Below are positions 40,043-49,761 of a stretch of DNA of 64,000 nucleotides, piece by piece. The translations under genes were made by a program, and so were the position numbers. How positions within the stretch are numbered: position 1 is the stretch's first letter; every line of letters begins with the position of its first letter. The notes under the pieces are model-generated. The model had not been told where the DNA came from. It saw only the letters and a program-made list of their open reading frames with translations, and did not search any database. Where the stretch lies: NCBI GenBank assembly GCA_015232565.1, contig JADFZK010000002.1, positions 64,935 to 128,934 on the forward strand, read 5' to 3'. Origin of the DNA: Candidatus Omnitrophota bacterium. GTDB lineage: Bacteria > Omnitrophota > Gorgyraeia > Zapsychrales > Fredricksoniimonadaceae.

Positions 40043-41431
40043 TTATTTAGCTTTAAATTCCGCTACCAGTTTCTGCACGATATCTTTAGCATCACCAAAG
40101 ATCATGCGCGTATTGTCATAATAGAAAAGCTCGTTCTCAACCCCCGCAAAACCGGAAGCCATTGAGCGTTTAATTACAAAGACAGTCCGAGCCTTAAAGA
40201 CTTCTACAATCGGCATGCCAAATATCGGGGATGTTTTATCGTTGAGCGCCGCCGGGTTAACCGTGTCGTTGGCGCCGATCACTATGGCTACATCGGTAGA
40301 CTCCATTAACGGATTGGCTTCCTCCATCTCCAACAGCTGGTCGTAAGGAATATTGGCTTCGGCCAAAAGAACATTCATATGCCCGGGCATACGTCCGGCT
40401 ACCGGGTGAATGGCAAACTTGACCTCACAGCCATTACGCTCCAGCGCCAGAGTAAGCTCGCGGACCGCGTGCTGGGCCTGAGCCACGGCCATACCATAAC
40501 CAGGAGCAAAGATCACGGTCTTGGCGGCTTCCAGCACCAGCTGGGCGTCTTCTACCGATATCGCCTGCGCAGTTTTCTTCTCGCCACCAAGTTTCTTTTT
40601 TTGCACCTGGCCAAACCCGCCAAATATAACGTTAACCAGTGAACGGTTCATGGCTTTGCACATAATGATACTCAGGATGATACCATTAGCCCCCACCAAA
40701 GCTCCGACCACGATCAAAAGAGTGTTGTTAATAACAAACCCGGTGGTGCAGGCCACGATCCCGGAATAACTGTTCAATACCGAAATAACCACCGGCATAT
40801 CTGCGCCGCCGATGGGTATCACCAGCAAAACACCGAACAAGGCCGACAAGGCTAAAAAAGTATAAAAGAATAGTGTTTGCTGCGGATGCATCAGGAACAT
40901 TACCCCAGACGCAATAATGCCAACCAGAATGAGAAAATTGAGCCATTGCTGGCCGGCAAAAAGGATGGGACGGCCAGGCAGTCTTTCACTAAGTTTACCC
41001 CAGGCAATAATTGAACCGGTAAAGGTAAGAGCGCCAATTACAATAGAAAGAAAGAGCGCGAAGCCTTCCACCATGCCAATAGCGAAGACCGGCAGGCTTA
41101 ACAACTTTTCATAATGCACCCAATCCACAAAAACACTGGCCAAAGCTCCGCAACCGTGCAGAAGCGCGATCATTTCAGGCATTTGGGTCATCGCGGCCCG
41201 CAGGGCAACGAAAGTACCGCAAACCGCACCGATCACCAGCCCCAGCAGTATCCACTGATAGCCAATAACGTGCTGGCCGGCCAGAGTGGCCAATACTGCC
41301 AACAACATACCGGTAGATGATAGCAGGTTGCCGCGCCGCGCGGTCACCGGTGAAGAAAGGAACTTGAGCCCGAAAGCAAAAAGTATCGAAGCGACTATGT
41401 AAGTTATCTGGACCAGAAATGAAAGGTTCAT
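40043..41431 (-). CDS. pntB: NAD(P) transhydrogenase beta subunit
   Basis: 462 aa. The N-terminal membrane domain MNLSFLVQITYIVASILFAFGLKFLSSPVTARRGN is characteristic of PntB, and a C-terminal NADP(H)-binding domain is present. Confidence 0.9.
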   Translation of the reverse strand: MNLSFLVQITYIVASILFAFGLKFLSSPVTARRGNLLSSTGMLLAVLATLAGQHVIGYQWILLGLVIGAVCGTFVALRAAMTQMPEMIALLHGCGALASVFVDWVHYEKLLSLPVFAIGMVEGFALFLSIVIGALTFTGSIIAWGKLSERLPGRPILFAGQQWLNFLILVGIIASGVMFLMHPQQTLFFYTFLALSALFGVLLVIPIGGADMPVVISVLNSYSGIVACTTGFVINNTLLIVVGALVGANGIILSIIMCKAMNRSLVNVIFGGFGQVQKKKLGGEKKTAQAISVEDAQLVLEAAKTVIFAPGYGMAVAQAQHAVRELTLALERNGCEVKFAIHPVAGRMPGHMNVLLAEANIPYDQLLEMEEANPLMESTDVAIVIGANDTVNPAALNDKTSPIFGMPIVEVFKARTVFVIKRSMASGFAGVENELFYYDNTRMIFGDAKDIVQKLVAEFKAK

Positions 41432-41724
41432 TACGCGCCATCCTTCTTTTTAAACATTTTAAGCATTCTTTCGGTAACCAGATAACCGCCTACCACGTTA
41501 AAAGCCGCCAGCGCTACCGCCGCGGTCCCCAGAACAATGGTAAAAGGAGACTCGGCTTCCACGCCAGCGGCGATAAGGGCCCCCACGATGATTATCCCGC
41601 AAATAGCATTCGCTTCCGACATTAAGGGCGTATGCAACAGGGGAGGGACTTTGCTTATAAGAGCAAAGCCCAGAAAGATCGACAAGGCCAAAATAAATAA
41701 TTGGTAAACCAACGGATCGTTCAT
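41431..41724 (-). CDS. pntA: NAD(P) transhydrogenase alpha subunit part 2 (membrane PntAB)
   Basis: 97-aa three- to four-TM protein located between the pntA part 1 gene and pntB. Its stop overlaps the pntB start. Confidence 0.8.
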   Translation of the reverse strand: MNDPLVYQLFILALSIFLGFALISKVPPLLHTPLMSEANAICGIIIVGALIAAGVEAESPFTIVLGTAAVALAAFNVVGGYLVTERMLKMFKKKDGA

Positions 41725-41741
41725 AATCGTTCTCCAAACAC

Positions 41742-42875
41742 TTACTTGTTGAGTGAACTATTAACAATTGCACCCTGATGGGTGATCAGGCAACCTTTAA
41801 TGATGTCATCCGCCAGATTCATTTCCAGCGTACTTTTTTCTTTATTCCAGGAATGTTCGATAAAGTTAACAAAATTGGCCGACAACATTTCGCTGGCGTC
41901 GATAGCGGCTTTACCCGGCATGTTAACCAGGCCGATTATCCGGACGCCATTAATGTCTACTTCCTGGCCCGCCTGCGCGCCTTCCACATTTCCACCCGAC
42001 TCAACGGCCAGGTCCACGAGGATACTGCCGGGTTTCATTCCGGCCACCATCTCTTTGGTGATGATCACCGGAGCTTTGCGCCCAAAAAGCTGGGCCGTGG
42101 TGATAACAATATCCGAGGCCGCGCAAATTTTGCTCATGCCGTCGCGTTGCCGGGCCAATTGCTCGGGAGTCAAGGCCTTGGCATAACCATCCTTGGTCTG
42201 GCCGGTCTCACCCAGGTCGATCTCGATGAATTTGGCGCCCAGGGATTGCACCTGTTCTTTAACCACCGGACGCGTATCAAAAGCTTCCACCCGTGCGCCC
42301 AGACGCTTGGCAGTCGCGATCGCCTGCAAGCCCGCCACCCCGGCGCCAACAATAAATACCCGGGCGGGGGGGATAGTGCCGGAAGGTGTAGTCATCATAG
42401 GGAAAATCTTTTTACTGCGTTCGGCCGCCAGGATCACCGCGGCATAACCCGCCAGGCTGGCCTGGGAACTTAAAGCATCCATCTTTTGCGCGAGAGTGGT
42501 ACGCGGGATCATTTCCAGTGAAATAGCCGAGACCTGTTTCGCGGCCAGGACATTTATAAGTTCTTTCTCGTTGAAAGGATCGAGGAAGCTTACATGGATA
42601 ACGCCGGGTTTCATTAAACCGATCTCGGCTAACGACGGTTTACGGACCCGCAAAAGCACATCGGCAGTTTTGAGGATATCTTCACGAGTTTGCAGTTTGG
42701 CTCCCGCTTTAAGGTAAGCGGCATCACTAAAAAACAGATCACTGCCCAACCCAGGCTCAATACTGACCTCAGCACCCTTTTTAACCAGTTTGGCCGTGGT
42801 CAAAGGCGTAAGCGCAACCCGATTCTCACCAGGAAAAGTTTCCTTTATTACACCGATCTTCATAGCTCTCCCCAA
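41742..42875 (-). CDS. pntA: NAD(P) transhydrogenase alpha subunit part 1 (alanine dehydrogenase-like dI domain)
   Basis: 377 aa with MKIGVIKETFPGENRVALTP and the Rossmann motif VFIVGAGVAGLQA. Confidence 0.9.
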   Translation of the reverse strand: MGRAMKIGVIKETFPGENRVALTPLTTAKLVKKGAEVSIEPGLGSDLFFSDAAYLKAGAKLQTREDILKTADVLLRVRKPSLAEIGLMKPGVIHVSFLDPFNEKELINVLAAKQVSAISLEMIPRTTLAQKMDALSSQASLAGYAAVILAAERSKKIFPMMTTPSGTIPPARVFIVGAGVAGLQAIATAKRLGARVEAFDTRPVVKEQVQSLGAKFIEIDLGETGQTKDGYAKALTPEQLARQRDGMSKICAASDIVITTAQLFGRKAPVIITKEMVAGMKPGSILVDLAVESGGNVEGAQAGQEVDINGVRIIGLVNMPGKAAIDASEMLSANFVNFIEHSWNKEKSTLEMNLADDIIKGCLITHQGAIVNSSLNK

Positions 42876-43100
42876 ATCAATTAGCTTCCATTGCGGTCTA
42901 TTCTCGATCTTCTATTACTCTGAACATTTCTTGAGCAAAAATGAAATTGGTTTTTTCAACAAGATACAGTACCAAATATGTTTACAAAGTCAAGTTTGCT
43001 GTGGGCGGAAAAATGACCCAATCTTGAATAATCTACGCAAGCACCCATCTAGCAACATTCTTTTGCATTCTATTCATACAAATGTTATATTTTTAATATT

Positions 43101-46100
43101 ATGTTTAGCATATTAAGCCAATTAATATTTTGTCGCTGGATCGCGATATTCCTGACCGGGGTCTTACTTCTGCAATCCTCAGGGGTTGCTCTGGCGGCGG
43201 AAATCATTTCGTCAGGATCCCCACTGGCCGCATCCATATACACAATACGCCAGCCAGCACTGCCGCAATTAAAAGGCCTGATTCTTAACCGTCAGGATCC
43301 GCTCAAGCTGGCTTTTATTCTATCCGGAGAGGGCGCTAGTGAACCGGCCACTTTGGATCCGGTTGCCGGACGGCGTTTGGCCGGGTATTTTCTGGCCGCA
43401 CTGGCTATTTCCGATAAAGACATCTGGGTCAATCTTTCCGCATTCGAAAAAGACCGTACCGTGCCGCCAGCCTTGGGAACCACGCCACTGGGGCAGGACA
43501 TGCTGGCGCAGGATTACCTGCTTAAACAGCTCACTTGCGAACTCACCAATCCCGACACTGCCCAGGGACGTGTTTTCTGGAACAAGATCTACGCCGCACT
43601 TAACAAACGTTTTGGCACCACTGACCTCCCGGTGGACCTGGTGAACAAAGTCTGGATCTTGCCGGAGAAAGCAGTGGTATCACGCAGGGGAAATGCGGTT
43701 TATGTAGTAGAACAAAAACTTAAAGCCATGACTGAAACAGACTATTATGCTCTCCGCCGATCGGGGGCACTAGCCCCCAATGATACCCAAGATATCTCCA
43801 ATACGGTTTTACGCGAAGTGATCCTTCCGCTAATTGATCAGGAGATCAACAACGGCGTGCAATTTGCACCATTACGCCAAATCTACAAAGCCATGATCCT
43901 GGCGGCCTGGTATAAAAAAAACCTGCGCCGATCCATTCTGGGCTCTGCATACGCCGACCAAAGCGCGGTAAACGGGATCCGTGCAACAGATCCAACAGCC
44001 AAAGAACACATCTATACTGCCTACCTGGAATCATTTCGCCAGGGAGCCTACAACTTAATTCGCGAGGAGCAAGACGCCTCGTCCGGAGAAAATATCGCCC
44101 GAAAATATTTCTCCGGCGGCCTAAGCGGACTGGGGCCCCAGGATTTCAGCGAGATCAGCAGCAGGTCGTTAACTTCGTACCAACAAAAACAAACGGCCAG
44201 GCCTGGTGATATTATAATGGGAGTGCAACTGCGTACTCTTGATTTTGCAGGGGATACTCTTGCTGATGAAGTCAAACTTTCCGATTCACTAACTGAAGAC
44301 ACCAGGCTATGGCAGCAAATCTTTCAACCAATTGATGAGTCGGCAATCAGAGTAAATAGTTTCTTATCAGCAACAGGGGCCAATGATTCACCAAATCAGC
44401 GTTTGTTTGATATATTGCTATACGACGAACTGCGTCTGGTAAAGAAACGAATGGATTTTGGATATCTTAAGTCTGGCACTGCGCACTTATCTGTTGATTA
44501 TTTTGACGGAATGATCCGGGCGATTGACCGGATCTTGATAACATTAAGTACCCTGCCGGCAAATTCAGCCTCGTTACAAGTTGGAATACAATGGTCGATC
44601 CAGGCGGTACAACAGTCACTAAAACCATCTTATGCGAACAACCCGGATTTGCAAGCTGGCCGCGGATTACAGTTCGTCATTAATTCTCTGCGCGGCATTT
44701 CAACTCAACACTACCGATCATTTCTTAGAATGAAACGTTATCTTGCACTTCTAAGAGAAAATTACGCACTCCCTACAACCTCTTTAAATCCGTTAAAGAC
44801 CGCGAACATCGCTGAAGATGAAAGAATGTGGTCTATAGCGGATCAATTAAACAACCAATGGGTTGCAGTACAAAATATTGTTTCGCGCGGTATCGCTGAT
44901 ATCCAATATGCAGGAGGGACAAGTCATTTCATTGGTGAAGCCCTGGATGAGATATTCAGTGCCTTTCAGGTTGCTAAGAATCGGGACTATATGTATCCCA
45001 AACAAGCCACATATATTGAAACCAGGCTTGCTCTTTTACAAGAAACACTGGAAAAGTGGAGCGATCCCGGCGAAGAACTTGCCAACAGGCAATGGGCAAT
45101 TGGGATCCTACGAAATGCCCGTAGACTGACACCAGCTGAAAAAGAAGATGCAGTCAAAAGAATCTCGACGGCCAAATTCATTCTAAGAAATGGTCTGAAG
45201 GTTATGGGACCGAACATCAAAGAAGCATTGGAAATTCTGAATAAAAGCCATTTCTTTCAGAACGCCGAGGCAGTTATTGAATATTTCAGCCAGCGAGATA
45301 GATCAATCAGCACTCGAACCGATTGGGATATTAATTCATCGGTTTTCGCTAACTGGACTTCAGTGAATCCTATTACGGTTCCGCCTACTCTTGAGACTGA
45401 CCCAATTGACATCGTTGCTTTGCCTGGCTATCTTCGTATACCAATTGTACAAAAAGCGGATGTGCTTCTTCAATCGGGATGGAATGGTAATCTGACGGCT
45501 TCAGTTGAGCAGTATCTAAAAACTTATTCGAGTTCGACCCTGTCGCCAGAAGCATATATGGCAATCAACGGGTTTGCCAGAAATGCCTCCCAACACAGAC
45601 AGACTGTGACAGTAGGTGACAAGATTATCTCTGGTACAGATTTCAATTCTTACCCTCAACTTCTGGCCCAGTTGCTGGATTTCTCATTATGGCGCTTGGC
45701 GGGCATAGATCCGTTTAGTGATGTTGGTAGCCGCCTGGCGGCTGTTTACCCTGCTATTGGGGTTAACGGAACCCAAAGAATCGGTCAAAAGGATGTAAAC
45801 GATAAATCCAGGATTATTACCGAGTTTATCGAAAGTTTAAATGCAGACATTGAAATTCGTGAAGCTTTTCTTAAGATAATGGACGCTTTTCTGACATTAA
45901 TATTCAATGATCAAATGTTCCGTCAACAGATCGATCCACGGGCAGGCCGGGGGGATGAGCATGAATATGGGCTGGTCTGGCCAGGTCAATTCTGGAGTAA
46001 CAGTACTGTCGATCAACTTGATCAATTGCCGGGCTTCGACCTGATCCAATATAAAGCCAAGTTCAATGAAGCTACCGCAGTATTTGTTTCTCGTATTCGT

Positions 46101-48290
46101 GAGCTTTTACCGTACAGACTATATTTGGCTAAACAATCCGGGCATATAAATATAGAGCCAATAATTAGTCGGGTGTTCAACGATAGCACAGGCAAGATCA
46201 AGTGGCGCCAATGGCATGTAGATCGTATTTATGAAACACTTCTGGCAGTAAAAGCACAAGGCATGTCGGAGGAAGCTGATGCGCTCTGGGAAGCGTTTAA
46301 ATCTAAACTAAGCACTATCGATCCCGCCGAAATAATTGCCCGCTCTTTTGACTCTGCTGGTAATTCTTTGCAGATGACTGCCGCAGAAGACCAACTGGTA
46401 CGTGAATGGTTAGACAGGAATAATCTTAAATGGCCAGTACCCCCGGATGTTGCAAATCTTACCCAAAGCGAACGGCTCAAATTTCTTACCCGATATTTGC
46501 TGAACCTTTACAAAATCATACCCAAATTTGATGATCATAAATGGCCGGTACAAATTCAGTATCCGTTAATTACTGAAGATCAACTCAAATTCCCGGGGCT
46601 TGGTGATACTTTTTCCTGGAGCAAAGTGGACACCTGGCAGAATTGGTTTATGCATACCTGGCCGGCGAATTTAACACTTTTCAACGGAGGAATTGAATTT
46701 ATCATTCCCGAGATAGAAAAATTGGAGAATGGGACCACGAAAGATCCGAATGGAACTATTAGTCAAATAGCAGAATATTTCACGTATGTTACAGAATCCA
46801 TGTATGACGTTACTACAGTTATTAATATGCTATCTGACATGCAGGGGGCCATTATAAATAATACATTCCGCACTAAATGGCCCGAAGGTATTGGGATTGG
46901 TTCCCCGATCAAGAGCGAAGATAAGTCCAACTGGTTTATCTACCAGATATTCAATGCTCACTCCAATGCGATAACACATCGCGCTGTTTTAAAGAAGATC
47001 GTTCTGGAGTTAGACCGTATTCGCCCAGATTGGAATGTTGCACTAAATGAGTTCAACCAATGGATCGCTAAAATAATGTTTCCTCATCCGGAATGGCAGC
47101 AAAATCTAAGAAAAGCTCAGATAGAGTTTGAGAATAATCAACAACTCCAAAAGGCCCGTTCCAGACAATCCCTCAGGACCGAAGCGTTAAGCGCGATATC
47201 AGAGCTGGTCGATCAAAGAAAGCAGGAAGCAAAAGAAAGATTGCATGCTCAGAATTTAATTGAATGGGCCCGGGCGCAGGCGCGTGGGGAGGCTTCTTTA
47301 ATGTTGCCACCGGTTTGGAGTGCTGATAACACCAGACTTGGAGAATTAAACAACCGAAACCGGGTTATTACACTAACGCCGGAAGTAGCCTATGTTATAG
47401 AAGAGATGACAAATCGTGATTATCCAATCGTTTTTAGAATTTTTAAAGATGCGGTACGCCATAAGGCCGGAATAGCAGGCAATAGCAAAGAATGGAAAGC
47501 TTTTGAACATATTTTCTATTCCAATCCTGACGCGGATGAACTTGCCGAGATGATAAAACGCTTCGACCTGCTTTTGGCGCTTACGCCAGCTGAGCAGATG
47601 AAATTCCTCGCTATGTACGAACGATATAACAGGGCCGGTTATTTCATTTTATATGAAGCTCAACTTTACGATTTTTATATTGATCGAAATGACCTTTTTA
47701 TTCAGGCCATCTTTGGCAAAGGCCATGGTTGGGAATTTATACCAGTTGCGAATAAACTAGGCCGCCTCAGAAAACTATTTCTTGATACCGACGCCCGGTC
47801 ATCTTTTGAATTAAGCTTTACAAATCATATGGCAACGATGCACGCCCATATTCGCGCCAATAATCTCACTCCGGCTATCAAGATTTGCATCTGGGTCGTA
47901 GAAAGATTCAAGAGATCTAAACTTTCTACTCCGTTACCACGAATATTAGCTCTGCTGGATAAAATCGCCTCAAATGAGCCAGCGCTCACCGCTCGTTGCA
48001 ATAATGTTAAATCGGCGCTTATCGATCAAGTAACAGGTTCAAATCCTAAGACGATGGACGGTCAATCACGAAAAAGGTTACCCACAGATTCAGCCGAAGG
48101 GCTTAAAGGCGGGATCGATTTCGCCGCTATGGGGTATACAATTAATGAGAACACGGAGAATCTGGATCTAGCCTGGCCGTCAGTTTGGCCATATGGCGGC
48201 AAGCCTCTTAATGACCTTACCCCTATAATTATCGGATATGCGCGCGCGTCAACATTACCCGGATTGATCCGGCCAGCTATTGCAAATTAG
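43101..48290 (+). CDS. Very large secreted protein (1729 aa) sharing the unrecognised N-terminal domain with the 22683-26210 protein, followed by about 1350 aa of mostly helical sequence of unknown function
   Basis: Signal-peptide-like N-terminus MFSILSQLIFCRWIAIFLTGVLLLQSSGVALAA. The N-domain motifs IWVNLSAFEKDRTVP, DMLAQDYLLKQ, FGTTDLPVD..NKVWILP, FAPLRQIYKAMILAAWYKK and ARKYFSGG align with the paralog. It is transcribed divergently from pntA part 1, with a 225-nt AT-rich intergenic region between them. Confidence 0.7.
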   Translation: MFSILSQLIFCRWIAIFLTGVLLLQSSGVALAAEIISSGSPLAASIYTIRQPALPQLKGLILNRQDPLKLAFILSGEGASEPATLDPVAGRRLAGYFLAALAISDKDIWVNLSAFEKDRTVPPALGTTPLGQDMLAQDYLLKQLTCELTNPDTAQGRVFWNKIYAALNKRFGTTDLPVDLVNKVWILPEKAVVSRRGNAVYVVEQKLKAMTETDYYALRRSGALAPNDTQDISNTVLREVILPLIDQEINNGVQFAPLRQIYKAMILAAWYKKNLRRSILGSAYADQSAVNGIRATDPTAKEHIYTAYLESFRQGAYNLIREEQDASSGENIARKYFSGGLSGLGPQDFSEISSRSLTSYQQKQTARPGDIIMGVQLRTLDFAGDTLADEVKLSDSLTEDTRLWQQIFQPIDESAIRVNSFLSATGANDSPNQRLFDILLYDELRLVKKRMDFGYLKSGTAHLSVDYFDGMIRAIDRILITLSTLPANSASLQVGIQWSIQAVQQSLKPSYANNPDLQAGRGLQFVINSLRGISTQHYRSFLRMKRYLALLRENYALPTTSLNPLKTANIAEDERMWSIADQLNNQWVAVQNIVSRGIADIQYAGGTSHFIGEALDEIFSAFQVAKNRDYMYPKQATYIETRLALLQETLEKWSDPGEELANRQWAIGILRNARRLTPAEKEDAVKRISTAKFILRNGLKVMGPNIKEALEILNKSHFFQNAEAVIEYFSQRDRSISTRTDWDINSSVFANWTSVNPITVPPTLETDPIDIVALPGYLRIPIVQKADVLLQSGWNGNLTASVEQYLKTYSSSTLSPEAYMAINGFARNASQHRQTVTVGDKIISGTDFNSYPQLLAQLLDFSLWRLAGIDPFSDVGSRLAAVYPAIGVNGTQRIGQKDVNDKSRIITEFIESLNADIEIREAFLKIMDAFLTLIFNDQMFRQQIDPRAGRGDEHEYGLVWPGQFWSNSTVDQLDQLPGFDLIQYKAKFNEATAVFVSRIRELLPYRLYLAKQSGHINIEPIISRVFNDSTGKIKWRQWHVDRIYETLLAVKAQGMSEEADALWEAFKSKLSTIDPAEIIARSFDSAGNSLQMTAAEDQLVREWLDRNNLKWPVPPDVANLTQSERLKFLTRYLLNLYKIIPKFDDHKWPVQIQYPLITEDQLKFPGLGDTFSWSKVDTWQNWFMHTWPANLTLFNGGIEFIIPEIEKLENGTTKDPNGTISQIAEYFTYVTESMYDVTTVINMLSDMQGAIINNTFRTKWPEGIGIGSPIKSEDKSNWFIYQIFNAHSNAITHRAVLKKIVLELDRIRPDWNVALNEFNQWIAKIMFPHPEWQQNLRKAQIEFENNQQLQKARSRQSLRTEALSAISELVDQRKQEAKERLHAQNLIEWARAQARGEASLMLPPVWSADNTRLGELNNRNRVITLTPEVAYVIEEMTNRDYPIVFRIFKDAVRHKAGIAGNSKEWKAFEHIFYSNPDADELAEMIKRFDLLLALTPAEQMKFLAMYERYNRAGYFILYEAQLYDFYIDRNDLFIQAIFGKGHGWEFIPVANKLGRLRKLFLDTDARSSFELSFTNHMATMHAHIRANNLTPAIKICIWVVERFKRSKLSTPLPRILALLDKIASNEPALTARCNNVKSALIDQVTGSNPKTMDGQSRKRLPTDSAEGLKGGIDFAAMGYTINENTENLDLAWPSVWPYGGKPLNDLTPIIIGYARASTLPGLIRPAIAN

Positions 48291-48385
48291 TTTAGTATTT
48301 CTTGGTATTTCTTGAATTTTGATCTCGAGCATGTTATATTATAGCTAGATTGGCTAGATTTATATTACTGAAAGGAATGCTTATG

Positions 48386-48661
48386 AAAACACTTGCGAAT
48401 AAAGTATACCGTCCCAACCCGAAGGCGTGGAATTTGGCCGATGCCAAGAACAGGTTCAGTGAAGTAGTGGGACTGGCGCTGCAGCAAGGGCCGCAAACGG
48501 TCTCCAGACGGAACGAAAGAGTGGTCATCATTTCGGAACGGGCCTTTCAAAAACTGACCGGGGTTGAACATACTTTTCTTGACTTCATTTTCAAAGGTCC
48601 GGGCCTGGACGGAGTCGACCTTACCCGCGACAAAGCGCTATCCAGAAAGATCTCGTTATGA
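48386..48661 (+). CDS. Type II antitoxin of the Phd/YefM family
   Basis: MKTLANKVYRPNPKAWNLADAKNRFSEVV...RRNERVVIIS is Phd/YefM-like. RBS AAGGA. Overlaps the downstream PIN toxin gene by 4 nt. The ORF-track start at 48350 is an upstream extension. Confidence 0.6.
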   Translation, partial: KTLANKVYRPNPKAWNLADAKNRFSEVVGLALQQGPQTVSRRNERVVIISERAFQKLTGVEHTFLDFIFKGPGLDGVDLTRDKALSRKISL

Positions 48662-49089
48662 AAGCTCTCCTTGATACCTGCATTATCTCACATATATATC
48701 GTGCGCACAGATCCGAACGCCTTAAGCACTTTCTGCACTCTATTGGCGAAGAGAACTGTTTTATTAGCGTGGTGACTCTGGGTGAGATAATTAACGGTAT
48801 TCATCAACTGGATGAAGGCAAGAAAAAGAAAGACCTGTTAGTTTGGGGCGAACAATTTGAATCAAAATACAGCGATCATCTTTTGCCAATTAATTCCGGT
48901 GTTGCCCGGGTATGGGGCGAATTAACCGCCAGGACAAAAAGAATCGGAAAAAACATACCGGTGGCCGATGGCTTGATCGCAGCAACAGCTCTTTATAATG
49001 GCCTGCATGTAATTACCGAGAATGTTAAAGATTTCGAACCCACTGGCGTCCAAGTCATAAATCCATATATCAATGTTACCAATCAATGA
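48658..49089 (+). CDS. vapC: PIN-domain toxin VapC
   Basis: 143 aa. MKALLDTCIISHIY with conserved D6, E(LGEII), and D(VADGLIAATA) and D(KDFE) of PIN. Confidence 0.8.
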   Translation: MKALLDTCIISHIYRAHRSERLKHFLHSIGEENCFISVVTLGEIINGIHQLDEGKKKKDLLVWGEQFESKYSDHLLPINSGVARVWGELTARTKRIGKNIPVADGLIAATALYNGLHVITENVKDFEPTGVQVINPYINVTNQ

Positions 49090-49194
49090 CTCTTTAAGCC
49101 AGAGGCCCTAACAAACTTCTCGAAAAGACTGTTATCCGTATCAGAATCGTGTTATTTTAACCTTGATTATTAATTTAATTAGCGAGGCAGGAAA

Positions 49195-49761
49195 ATGAAA
49201 GCAGTTATTGTTTTTCACTCGGTATGCGGGAATACTTATTTAATTGCCCGGGCTTTTGAGAAAGCTTTGTTAAATGGCGGGCATCAGGTGGTTTTGCGGC
49301 GGGTAGTAGACAGCGATTGGGTTGAGAAACCGGATGTGGCCGGCGATGTGCTGGCCAGTTTGCGCGCTATGCGCGCTTTACCGGAGGCCAAGCCCGACGA
49401 TCTGCTTTCTGCCGATATCATCCTGATGGGCTCACCGGTCTATTTCGGCAATGTCTCCGCAGAACTGAAAGCCTTTATGGACTCAACCGGCGGTTTGTGG
49501 TTCCAGGGTAAACTGGTCGGCAAGAAATTCGCGGCTTTTGTTTCGGCAGGTAATCCCGATGGCGGGGGGGACCTTACTCTTGCGGTCTTGCACACTTATG
49601 CCAAATACATGGGCCTGCTATCACTACCATTGCCTATAACCGTGCTCCAGGGCGATAATGGCAATGCCTTAGGCATTATCCAGTACTCAAATGGCAAACT
49701 TTCCGCCACTCTTGACGACAAAACTTCCCGATTGATCGACAGATGGAGCCGCACTATATGA
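49195..49761 (+). CDS. Flavodoxin-like fold NAD(P)H:quinone oxidoreductase/FMN reductase (WrbA-like)
   Basis: MKAVIVFHSVCGNTYLIARAF at the N-terminus and ILMGSPVYFGNVSAELKAFMD (the flavodoxin-like FMN site). Confidence 0.7.
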   Translation: MKAVIVFHSVCGNTYLIARAFEKALLNGGHQVVLRRVVDSDWVEKPDVAGDVLASLRAMRALPEAKPDDLLSADIILMGSPVYFGNVSAELKAFMDSTGGLWFQGKLVGKKFAAFVSAGNPDGGGDLTLAVLHTYAKYMGLLSLPLPITVLQGDNGNALGIIQYSNGKLSATLDDKTSRLIDRWSRTI

